Shown here: piece by piece, positions 50,362 through 59,268 of the stretch
How the letters are laid out: each line of letters starts with the position of its first letter
Position numbering within the stretch: the stretch's first letter is position 1
Source of the DNA: Candidatus Woesearchaeota archaeon
Lineage (GTDB): Archaea; Nanobdellota; Nanobdellia; Tiddalikarchaeales; Tiddalikarchaeaceae
NCBI GenBank assembly: GCA_964457955.1
Contig: CAYWEY010000004.1
Coordinates: forward strand, 1,883 to 65,882
DNA: 64,000 bases
Reading direction: 5' to 3'
The notes under the pieces: generated by a model
What the model was told of the DNA's origin: nothing
The model's database searches: none
The model's input: the letters and a program-made list of their open reading frames with translations, nothing else
Made by a program: the position numbers and the translations under genes

Positions 50362-50519
50362 AATTATTAAAGAATAATATTTTTTATTAAAAATTTATCT
50401 AAAAATTTATAAAAAACATTTTTTTATAATCCATGTTGTTATGCTTGAAAAAATTGTTAAAAATATTGAATTAAATAGTGAAAAATTATTCAATATTTAC
50501 AGAATAATTCCTGAAATAA

Positions 50520-51326
50520 TTGATGAGAACAAGTATTCTGTGGGGGCTGGAAAATATTGATGAAGAAATAGAGAGTTTGGAGTGTGAGTTAACAACTGAC
50601 AGCAATGATAATATTATGTTTGTGTATGAAGAGCCGGAAGTTCACGAAAGACTGGTGGAGAAAAGAGAAGAATTAGAGAAGAGTTTGAAAAATTATTGCA
50701 GGCAGGTTTTCTCTTCATTATCAGGTTATGATTATCTTTCTGACAAAATCAAATTATCCTATTTTGATAATGATACTATTTTTTACTACAATCATGTAAT
50801 TAAGTTGAGCAGTGAGTTATATGAAGAAGTTGTCAGTATTGAGAAAGAAAACACTGAATTAATGATTGAACTGGTTAATAATGCTCTAAAAGTCTTAAGA
50901 CCTTGTGTTGTTCTTGACGGAACATACTGGTGCGGAGGAAGTGATTATGAATGGAGAAGGATTAAGGGAGTTAACAAGTTTTTAGGACTTTACGAATCCA
51001 CTTCTTCTGAATACGAAAATATTGTTCTAGTTAATCATGACTTATTCTCAGAAGATTATGCTTTCAGGGAATCCTCGCAAAATCTTGCGCTTGTCAAGAC
51101 TGTTGGACAATTTTCAGATGATTTAATAAATTGTTTATGGAATAATATTAGTCATGCATTGGTGCAGGAAGGAATTATTGTTTCTGACAGAATAATACCC
51201 GAAAATCTTAGTTTTAAAGAAATTACTCCTGAAGAGATTAAGAATATGAAAGAGCTTTTCTGGATTACTAAAAGAATAGGAGAGTATTATCATCCGAATA
51301 AGTTTAAAATATATGAGAAGTTATAA
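50520..51326 (+). CDS. Hypothetical acidic protein
   Basis: 268 aa with no motif recognised. Confidence 0.45.
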   Translation: MMRTSILWGLENIDEEIESLECELTTDSNDNIMFVYEEPEVHERLVEKREELEKSLKNYCRQVFSSLSGYDYLSDKIKLSYFDNDTIFYYNHVIKLSSELYEEVVSIEKENTELMIELVNNALKVLRPCVVLDGTYWCGGSDYEWRRIKGVNKFLGLYESTSSEYENIVLVNHDLFSEDYAFRESSQNLALVKTVGQFSDDLINCLWNNISHALVQEGIIVSDRIIPENLSFKEITPEEIKNMKELFWITKRIGEYYHPNKFKIYEKL

Positions 51327-51332
51327 ATTATT

Positions 51333-51965
51333 ATGAGTAAGGAATCATTGCTTGACTACTGGAGGAAGAGTGGAATAATCACTGATGAAAAAGTTTTGAA
51401 AGCTTTTAAGGAAGTTCCTAGAGAAGATTTTGTTCTTGAAAAAGATGGTGATGCTGCTTACGCCGACCACCCATTACATATAGGTGGTGGCCAGACAATA
51501 AGCCAACCCACTACAGTTATGATTATGACTCAGGCTCTTGAACTAAAGGAAGGTATGAAAGTACTGGAAGTAGGTGCTGGAAGTGGTTATCAGGCAGCAC
51601 TTATTTCAAGAATAATAGGGAGTGAGGGGAGAATAATTACTGTTGAGTTTTTAGAATCATTATATTCTTTTGCTAAAAAAAATCTTAAGGATTGCTCGAA
51701 TGTTAAAGTAGTTAAGGGTGACGGGAGCAAGGGTTATGAAAAAGAAGCGCCTTATGACAGAATAATCGTGACTTGTGCGGCTCCAAGTATTCCTCCTCCA
51801 TTGTTTGAGCAGTTAAGAATGAAGGGTATAATAGTCATACCTGTAGGAAGTTTGTACACTCAGAAAATGATAAAAGCAAAAAAAACAAAAAAAGGAATTG
51901 ATAAGAAAGATTTAGGTTCTTTCGCATTCGTGCCTCTCAGAGGAGAGTATGGTTTCAAAACTTAG
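51333..51965 (+). CDS. pcm: Protein-L-isoaspartate O-methyltransferase
   Basis: VLEVGAGSGYQAA SAM motif I in the PIMT context. 210 aa. Confidence 0.85.
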   Translation: MSKESLLDYWRKSGIITDEKVLKAFKEVPREDFVLEKDGDAAYADHPLHIGGGQTISQPTTVMIMTQALELKEGMKVLEVGAGSGYQAALISRIIGSEGRIITVEFLESLYSFAKKNLKDCSNVKVVKGDGSKGYEKEAPYDRIIVTCAAPSIPPPLFEQLRMKGIIVIPVGSLYTQKMIKAKKTKKGIDKKDLGSFAFVPLRGEYGFKT

Positions 51966-52186
51966 AAAAAACCTTTCTTTTTCTTCTTTTTTGGACTGAA
52001 CAAAACCATTAATAATATGAAGATTGGTATTCCAACAACTGACAATATTAGAAGCATTAAGAATAGTCTCACCACCATTATATCAATACCTGTCTGTTCA
52101 CTTATTGGTTTTGAAATTCCCAGAAATAATTTGTTTTCTTTCTTTATTTTTCTAGCCTTTTCTTTTAATGGTTCAGGCTTCAACAT
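51962..52186 (-). CDS. PspC-domain small membrane protein
   Basis: GIDIMVVRLFLMLLILSVVGIPIFILLMVLFSP fits the PspC pattern GID..VRL.F.LL...G...I.L....P. Confidence 0.4.
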   Translation of the reverse strand: MLKPEPLKEKARKIKKENKLFLGISKPISEQTGIDIMVVRLFLMLLILSVVGIPIFILLMVLFSPKKKKKKGFF

Positions 52187-52219
52187 CTTAATACTTAAAC
52201 TCTTAATCTCTTCTTTTTT

Positions 52220-52531
52220 TTAAGTCATTTCTTCTTTTATTGCTTCAATAACTGTCTTACGATTCTTATTCTTTTTCTCGTGTTCTAATAATTTCTTCAA
52301 TTCTTTCTTACTTAATTCTCCTTTATTAACCTCTTTAATTAATGGGCGTGCATTCATTCTGTAATATTTTTCAAGTCCAGATATTTCTTCTTTTATTGCT
52401 TTAATTACTGTTTTTCTGTTTTTGTTCTTTTTTTCATATTCAAGCAGTTTTTTTAATTCCTTATCTTTTAATTCTTTGTTTTTGATTTTATTAATTAACG
52501 GTCGAGCGTTCATTTCATAGTATTCTTTCAT
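52220..52531 (-). CDS. Tandem-duplicated SAP/HeH-like 'YYxMNARPLI' module protein
   Basis: Two copies, KEYYEMNARPLINKIKNKELKDKELKKLLEYEKKNKNRKTVIKAIKEE and EKYYRMNARPLIKEVNKGELSKKELKKLLEHEKKNKNRKTVIEAIKEE, that are paralogous to aa 6-53 of the 47978 protein. Confidence 0.55.
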   Translation of the reverse strand: MKEYYEMNARPLINKIKNKELKDKELKKLLEYEKKNKNRKTVIKAIKEEISGLEKYYRMNARPLIKEVNKGELSKKELKKLLEHEKKNKNRKTVIEAIKEEMT

Positions 52532-52575
52532 AAATAAAAAATAAAATATGATTATTTAAAAATCTAATTTTTTTT

Positions 52576-52656
52576 TTAATAATCTTCTAAATCATCATCT
52601 TCATCATCGTCTTCGTCATCATAGTCTTCATCGTCTTCGAATTCGTAAAATTTCAT
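52576..52656 (-). CDS. Tiny acidic ORF MKFYEFEDDEDYDDEDDDEDDDLEDY (26 aa) with a Shine-Dalgarno-like GGAGGT
   Basis: rc of 52576-52656; GGAGGTATAATTAACT immediately precedes the ATG. Below the ORF-track length cutoff. Confidence 0.25.
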   Translation of the reverse strand: MKFYEFEDDEDYDDEDDDEDDDLEDY

Positions 52657-52716
52657 AGTTAATTATACCTCCATAAACTTTTTTTAGAATAATCATTTTA
52701 ATTAGCTGTATTAATA

Positions 52717-52768
52717 TTTAAGATTTTCTACAACAAATTTTTAATGGGAAGTTTTTTAAAATCTTAAA
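52717..52768. promoter_or_regulatory. 11-bp perfect inverted repeat (TTTAAGATTTT ... AAAATCTTAAA, 30-nt spacer) overlapping the TATA-like TTTTTTAAAA 16-32 nt upstream of the orc1 ATG
   Basis: Left arm 52717-52727, right arm 52758-52768; the orc1 ATG is at 52784. Confidence 0.3.
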
Positions 52769-52783
52769 AATTCCTTTATTATT

Positions 52784-53842
52784 ATGAGTTTGTTTGATGA
52801 TTTTCTTGCAAGTGATCAGACTATTTTCAGAGATGAAACAATTCTTGATTATGATTATATTCCTGAAACTATTAATTTCAGGGATGAAGAGATTAATACT
52901 ATTGTGAGTAGTGTTAAACCATTATTTTTTAACCGTCTTCCAGTAAATTTGTTCATTCATGGTATTCCTGGAATAGGCAAGACGCTCGTTGTTAGGCATG
53001 TATTTGATGATTTAAGAAGTACAAGTAATGAAATAGTTCCCTGCTATATTAACTGCTGGAAATGCCAGACATACCATAGTGTTTTTGTTGAATTAAGTAA
53101 ATTCTTTGGTGTTCCATACCCTAGCAAGGGAGTGAGCACGGAAGAGATTATTAAAGGAATTACTAAAAAGACGGAGAATAAGAAAGGTGTTGTTATCTGC
53201 TTTGATGAAGTTGATAAGTCAAAAAGTCTTGATTTTATTTATCCTCTTGTTGAAGGATTTGGTAAAAAAGTAAGTATTATGATGATATCAAATTACAGTG
53301 ATTTCCTTGCAAGAATGGATTCAAGATTATTATCACGTCTTAATCTTGAAAACCTGAGTTTTGAGAAATATGATTATAATTCCTTTAACAATATTCTGAA
53401 GCAGAGGAAAAAATATGCTTTTTATCCTAATGTTGTTAAAGAAGAATCTTTTAAGAAAATTGTCAACTATTCTTATAAATCAGATGATGTTCGTGCAGGC
53501 ATCAGTTTGTTATTGAAGTCAGGAAGAATTGCTGAGAAGAATTCTTCAAAAAGAATAATTCCTGATTTTGTTGATGAAGCGATTAATTCATTGCAAGGTT
53601 TCAAGAACAAGAATAAATTAAGTGTTTTGAAAGATTATGAAAAAGAATTACTCGATATTATTAAGAATAATTTAGGGAGTATTACGGGAGAACTTTATGA
53701 AATTTTTAAAGAAAAAGTTAAGGATGTTAGTATCAGGACTTTCAGGAAATATTTAAATCATCTTGAAACATTGGATTTAATAAGAACTGAAGAAACCAGT
53801 TCTGGTTTCAGAGGAAAATCCCGTAAAATATACACGAAGTGA
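52784..53842 (+). CDS. orc1: Orc1/Cdc6 replication initiator
   Basis: AAA+ Walker A FIHGIPGIGKT, Walker B ICFDEVD, and a C-terminal winged-helix region. 352 aa. Confidence 0.85.
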   Translation: MSLFDDFLASDQTIFRDETILDYDYIPETINFRDEEINTIVSSVKPLFFNRLPVNLFIHGIPGIGKTLVVRHVFDDLRSTSNEIVPCYINCWKCQTYHSVFVELSKFFGVPYPSKGVSTEEIIKGITKKTENKKGVVICFDEVDKSKSLDFIYPLVEGFGKKVSIMMISNYSDFLARMDSRLLSRLNLENLSFEKYDYNSFNNILKQRKKYAFYPNVVKEESFKKIVNYSYKSDDVRAGISLLLKSGRIAEKNSSKRIIPDFVDEAINSLQGFKNKNKLSVLKDYEKELLDIIKNNLGSITGELYEIFKEKVKDVSIRTFRKYLNHLETLDLIRTEETSSGFRGKSRKIYTK

Positions 53843-53848
53843 TAATTA

Positions 53849-54685
53849 TTGGTTGTTGAAAGTATTGTCTCCCCAAAATATGCTCGTAGAAATCCTTATT
53901 TCTTATTCTTTTTAGGCATGATTTATTCAAGTCTTGGAATAATATTTTCATTAATTATTTTTCCCTCAAACGCGAGCATAACAAGTGTTTTCTTAACTAC
54001 AATAGGGTGCATTCCTTTATTCTTCTCTCTTCTTCGTTCAGAGGAGAAGTTTGAAATACGTTTTTTAGAAGACACTTTTTTTCTTGCAAGAGAACATATT
54101 CACGTGCTTGGTGTTTTCTTCTTCTTATTCATGGGTTTTACAATAAGTTATTCTTTATGGTTTAGTTTTCTTCCGGATTGGGCGATGGATAGTGTTTTTA
54201 ACGACCAGTTATTAACGCTTGTGAATATTTCAAACATTACAGGAGGTTTTTTTAGTGATGCATTGTTCAATATTATTCTCAGAAACAATCTCAGAGTATT
54301 ATTCTTCTGCTTTTTTTTCAGTTTTGTTTATGGAACTGGAGCAATATTTATTCTGTCATGGAATGCCAGTGTTCTTGGAGCAGCAGTGGGTAGTTTTATC
54401 AGAAAAGAATTGGAGAAGGTTGCTTCATCAACTCATTTAATGAATCTCGCGATTTATTTTCAGCATCTTCCTGTAAGTCTCGGGAGTTATATGGTGCATG
54501 GAGTTTTTGAAATCTTGGCTTACTTCATAGCTTGTTTTGCAGGGAGTATTATTAGTTTTGTTTTCATTACAGAAGATTATAAGAATACTAGTAAGTTTTT
54601 TAAAGTTCTCAAAAATACCATAATCTTATTAGCAACAGCGGTTTTATTATTGGTTTTTGCCGCTTTTTTGGAAACAGGTGTGTAA
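53849..54685 (+). CDS. DUF95/SpoIIM-like polytopic membrane protein
   Basis: 6-7 TM helices and a conserved HGVFEILAYF motif near the C-terminus. Confidence 0.4.
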   Translation: MVVESIVSPKYARRNPYFLFFLGMIYSSLGIIFSLIIFPSNASITSVFLTTIGCIPLFFSLLRSEEKFEIRFLEDTFFLAREHIHVLGVFFFLFMGFTISYSLWFSFLPDWAMDSVFNDQLLTLVNISNITGGFFSDALFNIILRNNLRVLFFCFFFSFVYGTGAIFILSWNASVLGAAVGSFIRKELEKVASSTHLMNLAIYFQHLPVSLGSYMVHGVFEILAYFIACFAGSIISFVFITEDYKNTSKFFKVLKNTIILLATAVLLLVFAAFLETGV

Positions 54686-54690
54686 AAATA

Positions 54691-57333
54691 TTGAATGAGG
54701 ATATTGATGAAGAAGTAATCGAATTTAATTTTGATGAAGTCTTGGATGCTTTATCTAAATACAGTAATCCTTTGACTATTGCTGGAATAATAATAAGTGT
54801 TATAACCTGCTGGTATGTTAGGACTCAGAATATAATCAACTTGAAAAATAAGTACTTATTAGCTCTTGACCCTTACATTTTTCTGCGTTATGCGAGAACA
54901 ATTGTTGAGAAAGGATTCCTTCCTGCGATTGATAATATGAGGCATTATCCTATATTTTTTGATACATCAAGAGAGCTCTTACTTCCCACCCATTTCATAG
55001 TGTTCATATACAGGATTCTTCATTTTTTTAATTCAAGTGTTACAGTTAATTATGCTGCAATCATTTATCCTCCTATTGTTACTTGTATTGGTATAATATT
55101 TTTTTATCTGCTTGTTAAGGACTTGTTTAATAATTCAACAGCTTTTATTGCTACAATGCTCTTGGCAACTATTCAGGGATTCTTGTTCCGTACCAGTGCG
55201 GGTTTTGCTGAAAAAGAGCCTGTCGCAATATTTTTCATATTCCCTTTTGTTTTCTTTTACTTAAGAAGTTTGAGAAATAAGAATTTGAAGAAGAAAATAA
55301 TATATGGTGTGCTGGCGAATATTTTCTTAATAGGAACAGTATTATCTTGGGGTGGAACAAGTTTTAATCTTATCAGCATAGGATTCTTAATACTTGCTTC
55401 AATTCTTTTGAATAAGACTTCCAGAGAGGACAGTATTATTATTTTTTTAAGTTGTTTATCAATTTTTACTGTTACATTTATTACAGGCAGATTTGGTTCA
55501 GGACTTAATATTTTCAAATATTATGCTTTTTTATGGTATCCTCTTGTTTTATTCCTTAACTTATTCAAGTTTGAAGTTTATCCGAGGATGAAGAATATTT
55601 TCAAGGATTATAAGCCGAAGTTTCTTTCAGAAAATTTTTATTCAATAATTTTAGGAATCGGATTTTTGTTAATAATTACTTTAATATTTCCCGGCCCTTC
55701 ATATTATAATACCATGATGAATTTCGTTTTTGATAAATTAAACCATCCTATGGGTTCAAATCCTTTCTCTATGAGTGTAAGCGAGAACCAGCCTCCTTAT
55801 TTTATTGACCCAATCCAGCACGTTGACTGGTGGAGTCCTCTTAATTATGCTTTCTTCACTATGCTTTTCGGCAGTTTGTTATTGTTTTATCACATGCTTA
55901 AGCATTTTAAGAAATCAAGATGGGTTCTTACAATAACTTATTCTCTTACAATATTATTATTCATCTTCTCAAGATACTCTTCAGAGAATACTCCTGTAGC
56001 CCAGTTTATTAATAGTCTGTTCAGTTTTAGTTTTTTAGGACTTGAACTTCATCATTATATATTGTTTGCTTTTTTAGGGTATTTGGCTTTTTTTTATTTT
56101 GTTCATAATAAGCAATTATCCAAACTTAAGAATATTAATATTGATTACTTGTTCGTTTTCATATGGTTTCTTATCACAGTTATTGCAGCAAGGGGAGGAG
56201 TTAGAATAATATTCACTGTTATTCCTCCTGCAATGATACTTTCTGCTTTTTTTTTCACAAAATCATACGAATGGCTTTCAAAGTTTTTGGATTCAAAATC
56301 TCTTGCAAGCATTGTGTACGTGATGGCAGGAATTATAATAATATTTAATTTTATAGGTTCAGCATCTGCTAATGCTAATTTTTATTCTAGTTTTACACCA
56401 GAATGGGATGAATCAATGACATGGGTTCAGAATAATACTCCTGAAGACAGTGTTTTCATACATTGGTGGGATTATGGTTACTGGGTTCAGACTATGGGCA
56501 GGCGTACAACAATTCTTGACGGAGGTAATTATTATGTGGGATGGAATCATCTTACAGGCAGGTATATTTTCGCATCCAGAGTTTATAACCCTGTTAATGA
56601 TACTTATAATATGACTGAACCAGCGACTGTGCTGGCAGAGAATTTTGAAAAGCCAGATTATTTCTTAGTCATTGATGATGATGTTTTCAAATACGTTCAG
56701 ATGGGAAGAATAGGTAAGAGACCAACTTATTACAGCGCTGCTGCTTTTGAACAAAAAATAGATAATAATGAAAAAATAGGTAATACTACTATTTTTCCAG
56801 AAATAGCGGTTTACAGACCCTTAAGTGGTGGGATAAGGATGCATGAAGAATTCTTTTATGATGATTTCATATTCTCACCCGATAAGACTTATATTATTAA
56901 TATACTGGTTCCTTATAATTCGGATTCAGGTGCGGCTTCTGCACAAATGTATGCAGCAGTTTATAATCCTGTCTATAATCCTAATAATTATGTTGTGCTT
57001 CCTTACAACTGCAGGTGTGTTCATGAAGAGGGATGCAAATTCATCCGTAATGATGGTATACCTGCGTGTGCTATAAGCATGCCTGATGGCATTGTTCATA
57101 TTCCTAAGAATGCGAGCAATAACTTGTTCACTCAATTATATCTTGTGAAAGATGATGTTCCTGGTTTCGAGCTTGCTTATGATAATCCGCGTCCTCTTAA
57201 TCTCAGGGGCATGTATAGTCAATCAATTACTGATTTAAAGATTTACAGGATTAATTATTCTGAAATGAATGAATACATTCTTGATGAGCCTCTTCCAAGT
57301 TATTGGAAGGAAGAAGGACTGGTGTACTGGTGA
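54691..57333 (+). CDS. aglB: Archaeal oligosaccharyltransferase AglB (STT3 homologue)
   Basis: 13-TM N-terminal domain and the catalytic WWDYG motif (HWWDYGYWVQTMG). 880 aa. Confidence 0.9.
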   Translation: MNEDIDEEVIEFNFDEVLDALSKYSNPLTIAGIIISVITCWYVRTQNIINLKNKYLLALDPYIFLRYARTIVEKGFLPAIDNMRHYPIFFDTSRELLLPTHFIVFIYRILHFFNSSVTVNYAAIIYPPIVTCIGIIFFYLLVKDLFNNSTAFIATMLLATIQGFLFRTSAGFAEKEPVAIFFIFPFVFFYLRSLRNKNLKKKIIYGVLANIFLIGTVLSWGGTSFNLISIGFLILASILLNKTSREDSIIIFLSCLSIFTVTFITGRFGSGLNIFKYYAFLWYPLVLFLNLFKFEVYPRMKNIFKDYKPKFLSENFYSIILGIGFLLIITLIFPGPSYYNTMMNFVFDKLNHPMGSNPFSMSVSENQPPYFIDPIQHVDWWSPLNYAFFTMLFGSLLLFYHMLKHFKKSRWVLTITYSLTILLFIFSRYSSENTPVAQFINSLFSFSFLGLELHHYILFAFLGYLAFFYFVHNKQLSKLKNINIDYLFVFIWFLITVIAARGGVRIIFTVIPPAMILSAFFFTKSYEWLSKFLDSKSLASIVYVMAGIIIIFNFIGSASANANFYSSFTPEWDESMTWVQNNTPEDSVFIHWWDYGYWVQTMGRRTTILDGGNYYVGWNHLTGRYIFASRVYNPVNDTYNMTEPATVLAENFEKPDYFLVIDDDVFKYVQMGRIGKRPTYYSAAAFEQKIDNNEKIGNTTIFPEIAVYRPLSGGIRMHEEFFYDDFIFSPDKTYIINILVPYNSDSGAASAQMYAAVYNPVYNPNNYVVLPYNCRCVHEEGCKFIRNDGIPACAISMPDGIVHIPKNASNNLFTQLYLVKDDVPGFELAYDNPRPLNLRGMYSQSITDLKIYRINYSEMNEYILDEPLPSYWKEEGLVYW

Positions 57334-58357
57334 TAAGGTTTTGCTGGTTTCTTTAATAACTTTATTTGCTGGTTTTTTCACAACTTATTTTATTACTCCC
57401 ACATTTATTAGTTTTTTAAAAAATATAGGTGTTTTAAGTACTGATGTGCATAAGTCTAAAAAGCCTTTAATTCCTATCAGCGGAGGATTATGCGTTGTTA
57501 CAGGATTACTCGCAGGATTGTTTGTTTATATTGGTATTAATACTTTTGTTTATAACCGAACTGCTGAACTTACAGACTTGTTTGCTGCATTAACAAGTAT
57601 TCTAATCATTACCTTCACTGGTTTTTTAGATGATTTGAACTGTAAGCTTGAGGAGCATGAAGGATTTAAGTATAAGAAAGGTTTAAAACAGTGGCAGAAG
57701 CCTCTTCTTACACTGCCTGCTGCTATTCCTTTAATGGCGATTAGTGCAGGAACAACAACTATGAGTATTCCTTTTCTGGGACCGGTTAATTTCGGAATAT
57801 TATATCCTCTATTTATTGTCCCGGCAGCTATTGTGGGAGCAGCGAATATGGTTAATCTTCTCGGAGGATTCAATGGGATCGAGGCGGGCATGGGCATTAT
57901 CTATACTTTCAGCCTCGGAATGTATTCATTATATATTAATGAGTCCATTTCAGCAATACTTTTCCTTACATCAAGTGTTTGTCTTGCAGCTTTCTTCATG
58001 TTCAACATGGTTCCTGCAAAAATATTAAGCGGAGACAGCCTTACTTATTTATTGGGTGGCGTTGTTGCTGTAGGAACAATCATAGGTAATATTGAGAAAT
58101 TCGCTCTTTTCACAATGGTATTATTCATTTTTGAAGGAATTCTTAAATTCAAATCATATTTTGAAATGGGTAAGTTCGCAACCAGTCTGGGTGAGCTGGG
58201 TAAGAAAGGGTTGTTGAAACCAAAATATGATAAAGTTTACAGCCTAACTCACTTAGCTATGAGTGAGGATGGAAGCACTGAAAAAGAAGTTGTGATAAAA
58301 CTCGTACTCGCACAAGTAGTTGTCAGCATTATTCCATGGATTCTTTTCGTATTCTAA
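57269..58357 (+). CDS. aglH: GT4-family polyprenyl-phosphate HexNAc-1-phosphate transferase (AglH/WecA/MraY-like)
   Basis: NMVNLLGGFNGIEAGMGI and multiple TM helices. The track start overlaps the aglB 3' end by 65 nt, so the true start is probably internal (e.g. TTG 57341). Confidence 0.65.
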   Translation: MNTFLMSLFQVIGRKKDWCTGDKVLLVSLITLFAGFFTTYFITPTFISFLKNIGVLSTDVHKSKKPLIPISGGLCVVTGLLAGLFVYIGINTFVYNRTAELTDLFAALTSILIITFTGFLDDLNCKLEEHEGFKYKKGLKQWQKPLLTLPAAIPLMAISAGTTTMSIPFLGPVNFGILYPLFIVPAAIVGAANMVNLLGGFNGIEAGMGIIYTFSLGMYSLYINESISAILFLTSSVCLAAFFMFNMVPAKILSGDSLTYLLGGVVAVGTIIGNIEKFALFTMVLFIFEGILKFKSYFEMGKFATSLGELGKKGLLKPKYDKVYSLTHLAMSEDGSTEKEVVIKLVLAQVVVSIIPWILFVF

Positions 58358-59232
58358 TTTTGTTTAGTGCTCTCCACTCTTTTCCATATTTCCCCGAATT
58401 TCTTGCCTGAAAATTTGTCATAATATGTGAGTATCCATAAATATAGTCTTGCAGGAAACAATACTAGACTCCACACTAATTGTCTTATAGTTTTTGCATA
58501 ACTTAGCACTCTTTTAGGGCCTCTCAGGATTTCAGTCCATACTGTTCTCATTCTCGGATTTTTTGGAAAATATTTTTTTAACTGGTGGTATCCTCCCGCG
58601 CTTCTTCTTTTCTGCTTAATCCAGTCATTAAAGTTTGTTGGATACTTAACATATACTTTTGCTTTAGGCTCGTAATTTATATCATAACCCATTTTCCATA
58701 TTTTGTGGCTGATATAAGCATCCTCACTTAATAAATCCTCAGGTATTTTTTTAAATAATTTTTTAAAACCATACAAGTATCCTGTGCAGATTAGGAAATC
58801 ATTATTCTTATCTCTCCTCAGTCTTTCCTTATGAGCAGCACTTGTTAATAAGTGGCTCCAGTAATCCATCATATTTTTTTTCTTATTCGTGCTTATTACT
58901 CTGCCACTAACTGCACCTACTTGTTTTTTCTCCAAATGTTTTAACAAGTTATCAATACTATTCTTTCCTAAATAAACATCACCATCAGTTAATATTATTA
59001 AATCTCCCTTACTTTTTTTTAATCCAATATTAAGGGCTGCTGGTTTTCCTTTTCCTTTATCCTTGAATGTTATTACTTTTTTACTTGCTTTTTTTGCAGC
59101 ATTTCTTGTTTCTTTGTCAGGAGCTATAACTATTATTTCATAATTTTTTTTAATATCCTGACTAGTTATGCTTTTAACGCATTTCTTTATTGTTTCCGCT
59201 TCTTTGTAAGCAGTGATTATTATGCTTAGCAT
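58354..59232 (-). CDS. GT2-family glycosyltransferase
   Basis: MLSIIITAYKEAETI...DGD GT-A N-terminus with a DxD motif. Confidence 0.7.
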   Translation of the reverse strand: MLSIIITAYKEAETIKKCVKSITSQDIKKNYEIIVIAPDKETRNAAKKASKKVITFKDKGKGKPAALNIGLKKSKGDLIILTDGDVYLGKNSIDNLLKHLEKKQVGAVSGRVISTNKKKNMMDYWSHLLTSAAHKERLRRDKNNDFLICTGYLYGFKKLFKKIPEDLLSEDAYISHKIWKMGYDINYEPKAKVYVKYPTNFNDWIKQKRRSAGGYHQLKKYFPKNPRMRTVWTEILRGPKRVLSYAKTIRQLVWSLVLFPARLYLWILTYYDKFSGKKFGEIWKRVESTKQN

Positions 59233-59268
59233 AAGAGTTTAAATAATAGTATAATCTTTATATTTCTT

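Noticed and set aside
52585-52650. GAY/GAR codon microsatellite-like tract (catcatcttcatcatcgtcttcgtcatc...)
   Set aside because: It could be a simple repeat, but it is in frame with an ATG plus a strong SD-like GGAGGT, so it is kept as a low-confidence micropeptide CDS instead.
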